A DNA stretch of 64,000 nucleotides from the human T2T-CHM13v2.0 reference genome, Homo sapiens, in NCBI RefSeq assembly GCF_009914755.1, contig NC_060941.1. One strand, 5' to 3'. Positions within the stretch are counted from its first letter, which is position 1; every line of letters starts with the position of its first letter. Under the pieces are notes generated by a model that worked only from the letters and a program-made list of their open reading frames with translations, made no database searches and was not told the DNA's origin. The position numbers and the translations under genes are program-made. Below are positions 63,389-64,000 of the stretch, in pieces.

Positions 63389-63552
63389 CTGGGATGTGCA
63401 GACTTGGGCCTGCTGTCCTACTGCGGCATGGAACCAGGATCTTAACGGAGGGCTGAGTTTGGTTGGGCAGGTGCTACGCGGAGCTCCTGAATGTAAGCGC
63501 TCCTGGACTGTGGCCTGTTCAAACACCGAAGCCGCAGAGCGGGCGTCAGAGC
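63389..63552 (-). other. USP36: USP36 exon 2 (5'UTR, non-coding, 164 nt)
   Basis: Acceptor tccctgtccctcccacag|G at 63553 and consensus donor CAG|GTGAGT at 63388; locally CpG-retaining sequence. Confidence 0.8.
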
Positions 63553-64000
63553 CTGTGGGAGGGACAGGGAGACCATCAGTGGAGGCGACTCTTCCTGTGC
63601 CTTCTCTTCAGCTACTTCCCAGGGATGCGGCGCGCACCGGGAACCCTCTACCACGAAAAAGCCGTCCAAGGAGCATCCACGCGTGCACTCAGGATGAGGC
63701 GGGTGGACCGTACTACCTCATCACCAGTTGTTGTAATGCACACGATATGAACACCTTAACCTTGACCCCAGACAAGCCCAGAGAAGGAAAACCTCCCCAA
63801 CACCTGCCAGTCAGCTCCAGTCTAATCTTATTTCCAAAGAGTAAGAGGTAATAAATCCCCAAGTTTTGGATTTAATGAACCAGTAAAACTTCAATAACAA
63901 CAACAACAAACCTCAGGGAGTAATAGGAGTTGCCAAAATTTTGCTTTGCTAAGTGTGGATTTTCTCTTTCATTACCATCTACGATCACTATGATTACATA

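Overview
Human genomic DNA (Alu-dense, CpG island), identifiable from the encoded proteins as the 17q25.3 USP36/CYTH1 locus. Both genes are on the minus strand, in tandem. The window holds USP36 exons 2-21 (exon 1 lies beyond the right edge; numbering assumes one upstream exon). I rebuilt the CDS by hand from GT-AG junctions: 18 coding exons, 3372 nt, 1123 aa, with catalytic Cys131 and His382 and a C-terminal basic nucleolar signal. About 13 kb past the USP36 poly(A) site lie the CYTH1 CpG-island promoter, coding exon 1 (MEEDDSY) and the start of intron 1. The rest is Alu, MaLR/ERVL LTR, DNA-transposon, L1 and MIR remnants and simple repeats. I found no tRNA, rRNA, CRISPR or new protein-coding gene. 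The most interesting signals concern USP36 RNA processing: (i) an 8-copy 35-bp VNTR whose unit is the exon-17 splice donor itself, stop-free and with two in-frame copies; (ii) a decayed ~88%-identical copy of the catalytic-His exon in intron 10, next to a UG-rich tract; (iii) a 197-nt AG-free tract ending at a frameshifting acceptor before exon 15; (iv) two uORFs, one overlapping the start codon; (v) a 3'UTR intron, tandem poly(A) signals and a miR-92-family 8mer overlapping the distal AAUAAA. All functional readings are hypotheses, and repeat subfamily names are from recognition rather than a database search.
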